A DNA stretch of 64,000 nt from contig MU060807.1 of the NCBI GenBank assembly GCA_013265495.1, positions 2,350,921 to 2,414,920 on the forward strand, in the 5' to 3' direction. How positions within the stretch are numbered: the first letter of the stretch is position 1; each line of letters starts with the position of its first letter. Below the pieces are notes generated by a model. It did no database searches. It was not told where the DNA came from and was given only the letters and a program-made list of their open reading frames with translations. Position numbers and translations under genes: made by a program. Of the stretch, positions 60,894 through 64,000 are shown piece by piece. This DNA comes from Vicugna vicugna (lineage: Eukaryota).

Positions 60894-63032
60894 AAAAGAG
60901 AGTTATGACATCAACCCATTTGCTAACAAATGACACCTCCAGTGACATATCCTATTGATAGAAACTTCAAATACTTAAGGCAGAAATATGCAAAATTAAG
61001 GGTTTAGAATACAAAAATATTGTCAAATATCAACTGAAATAAAACTTAACGTGTCAGAAGAGTTCAGAATAGAGGGAGGGTTGAGAGGGGTTTGAGGTGG
61101 AGTCTGAGGCTTGGAAGACAGTGGGATGCCAGCTCAGGCAGGAGACGAAGTCAGGGCCACAACTGAGCACGTGGAACACACAAAACTCATGCTGGGGACT
61201 GTTTCTAGTCCTTGGAGATGCCATGAGGACTCACTGTCTTCCTGTTCCCCAGTGGAACAGGCAATGAGAATGAGTGGGCCTCTGATAACCACTGGGGACT
61301 GGAGGCCATCTGAGCTGGCAAGCTGTCTGACCCCCTCCAAGCTCAACCTCCAAAAGAACTACATCAAGTTGCTAGAAAGGCTGGATTTTGTGTTCTGCTT
61401 TCTGAGGGCTAACAGGAACAGAAGTTGTTCCATGAGGACTTTTCATTCCACAGACTGGATATTCAAATGATTGGATGAAATACAGTAAAGCACGTCAGTC
61501 AGCCTCCTTGGGGGACTGCAGAAGGGGAGGCTGAGCACAAAAGACACCACAAACTTCCCAATTCTGCCTCTTTTTTTGGTTGGCTGTTCTTCCTCTCTCA
61601 AACAGGCACATTATCCCCAGGCGGTTTGCTGTTTGCATCACTGTATTCCAGAAGGGGTGACAGTTAAGGACGCCCACCCTGCTCACCAGCCAACTTCTCC
61701 AGGAGGCTCCAGTGGCAGGCAAAGGCTGGCAACTAGACACATAAAGACTCCAGGCCCCAAAGATCCTCCTTTCCTTCCACAGCTGAAGCCCTGACACTTA
61801 GCGGCCCCACAGGCTTGTTTTATGCCCAGGCTCTAAGGCCCACACACCCCAAACACTAAGACAGAAGATGGAGAGCAACACTACTGACCATTTTCTTTCT
61901 GCAAGCCCGAGCAGAGCTGTGGCCATCCAGGGCCTACCCTCCTGCTAGCAATGCTTGGATGGGTTCTTAAGCCTGGGTTCCTCTGTAGGCACAGGAAGGA
62001 GCATGCATTTCAGTCCCCAGGACCCTTTTTTTTTTTCCCTCTTGCAAGCTGGTACCTAAACTTTCTTTCTTGGTAAAATGTTCTCTTATCTGTATTATCC
62101 ACAGCCCTCATAGGTTTATTTCTATGCCTGCACACAGTTGCACCCAACCATAGAATCAGTTCAAATTTAGAACAGCTCATGCTAGGTTTGAGGATATACC
62201 ACTGTTTCAGATTATAACTGGGGATAGTTTTCCTAAATTCCACCTGGTCACCTTAAAGGCCTTAGCTGGTTTTAAAGCAGTTTTTAGTCACAAAATCTGG
62301 TCCCTATACCCCAGGCCCAGAGTGATGGAATTATTCTCTCTTTGCAAAAAAAAAAAAAGTTTGTCCCCTAAAGAATGCTTCCTCAACAGGTACACTTATA
62401 CTAATGCCCAGCGCACAGTATGGCAAGCCTACCCACCACGGAGGAAGGGTGTGTGTCTTACCCTTCACCACAATAGGGTCAAGGATACCTGAATTACTCT
62501 CAGCTGCTACCGGGATGAACCTATAAGAAGAGATGGCTGTGTTGTTTCAAAGCAAATCATTCTGTATGATTTACCCAAGAGCAGAAGGGCGCAAGCCTGG
62601 AAAGACAAGGATTAGGCTCAGCATCCCCAATAGCTGGGAGAGGTCTCATTTTCTCTGGCCGTCTAGGGCCCTTCTTCACGTCTAGATGACTAAGAGGACC
62701 CACAGCACATGAGGCAGCCCGTGTGGCTTCCTGATTCTACAAACATTCCCACTTCTACTCTACCTGCAGGGGCAGCGACCCCACAAAGCCCACCTGGATT
62801 CAGAGCATAGGTGGGTCGCTGCACTCAGCCAAGCCTCTCGCCTTTCTAGTCTGGGGATGTGGCACGACCTGCAAGGCTGGAAATCAAGCTGCCTCAAGAC
62901 ATACCAGAGGGGTCTCCAGGTTTCTTTTAAAACTAGTTTACCCCAGAAAAATTACACATGGTTACGTTATGTTAGTGGGACAGATCTTGACCAGACATAT
63001 GAACTGAGCCATAACGTTAAAATGCCTTGTTC

Positions 63033-63164
63033 NNNNNNNNNNNNNNNNNNNNNNNNNNNNNNNNNNNNNNNNNNNNNNNNNNNNNNNNNNNNNNNNNNNN
63101 NNNNNNNNNNNNNNNNNNNNNNNNNNNNNNNNNNNNNNNNNNNNNNNNNNNNNNNNNNNNNNNN
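63033..63164. other. Assembly gap (132 N)
   Basis: N run. Confidence 1.
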
Positions 63165-64000
63165 GGTTCTCACATGCATAACTAGGGGTCAGAGCAAATT
63201 TCCCCAGCCTGGGTCATCCCACCAAGAACCCCTCCCCGACTATATGACCCAGGCTCCAGAGAAAGAGAAGGGGGGAAAGAGATGTTCTGAGAGGAAAAAG
63301 AACATCAGCAGCTCAAAGTCGTTACTCCAGCAGTGCCACAGTCTATGTTAATGAAAATGCCTGAGATTAAAAACCACACGCATAAAAATGGAGAAAGACT
63401 GCAATATGCTTGAGAAAAGAATAAGACTAGCCCCCCCGGATAAAACAGACACAGCATTTCCAACGAAGTAGCAATTATTTCGAACCAGGAATTGCCTTTC
63501 AGGTGCACAAATACATCAGACTCAGACCTCCTGTGACACTGTTCACTGCCAGAGCGCCATGACCCCCACACACTCTACCCCAGCACTTCAATCCAGCGGC
63601 ATCTGCACCAACATGAACAGCAGGAAACTGGGGGTCAAACAACCAGGGCAAGTGACCTGGGAAAGGCAGGACTCAAGGGCAATGCCCAGCCTGTCCTAGG
63701 TCCCAGGTGAGTGGGTTCTGCCTCCATCCAAGCTTTCACAGAACTGCCATTGCCCCGTTCTATCCAGCCTCGTTCCTTATCCAAATGGCCTGCTTGACAC
63801 AAAGCACCATAGAGGCAAGGCCTCTTCCAAAGCGTGCCCTGGCCTCACAGAAGCTAGCCCACCAGTCCACTGAATGCTAGTGAAGATTGAAAGAAAGCTA
63901 CCCTGTTAGGTAGCTGTATTCATGTCGGTTCCACCACCCAGCACACCCTAATGCACGGGAGCTGTAATTTTACATCCAGGAAAAATTAAGTTTTCTCTGA

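Noticed and set aside
47130-64000. SAP30BP exons 1-3
   Set aside because: No acidic EDDDSETEKPEADD-like exon was found; the long intron 3 apparently runs past the window edge.

Overview
Mammalian (eutherian) genomic DNA, probably from a camelid given four tRNA-Ala-derived short SINEs. Two spliced genes lie in tandem on the minus strand. (1) ITGB4 (integrin beta-4): all 40 coding exons traced with GT-AG sites and consistent phases from ATG 23786 to TGA 238-240, plus a non-coding exon 1 and CpG-island promoter at about 26.5-27.3 kb. Summed exon lengths give 1752 aa without the two cassette exons (33 and 35) and 1868 aa with both. (2) The 3' part of SAP30BP: exons 4-11 (220 codons) and its 3' UTR; exons 1-3 lie beyond the right edge. 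The rest is introns and intergenic DNA with L1, L2, MIR, MER21 LTR, hAT elements, microsatellites and three assembly gaps. I found no new protein-coding system; most ORFs in the track are antisense or out-of-frame shadows of GC-rich exons. Best leads: a splice donor that in human gives isoform beta4D but here creates a stop codon; apparent loss of the beta4E frame; a shortened exon-33 cassette; a possible gene-conversion tract between FnIII-3 and FnIII-4; convergent consensus CTCF sites around the ITGB4 promoter; a candidate SAP30BP poison exon; and a young L1 insertion with a perfect 16-bp TSD. All comparisons to human sequences and repeat family names are from memory, not from a database search.
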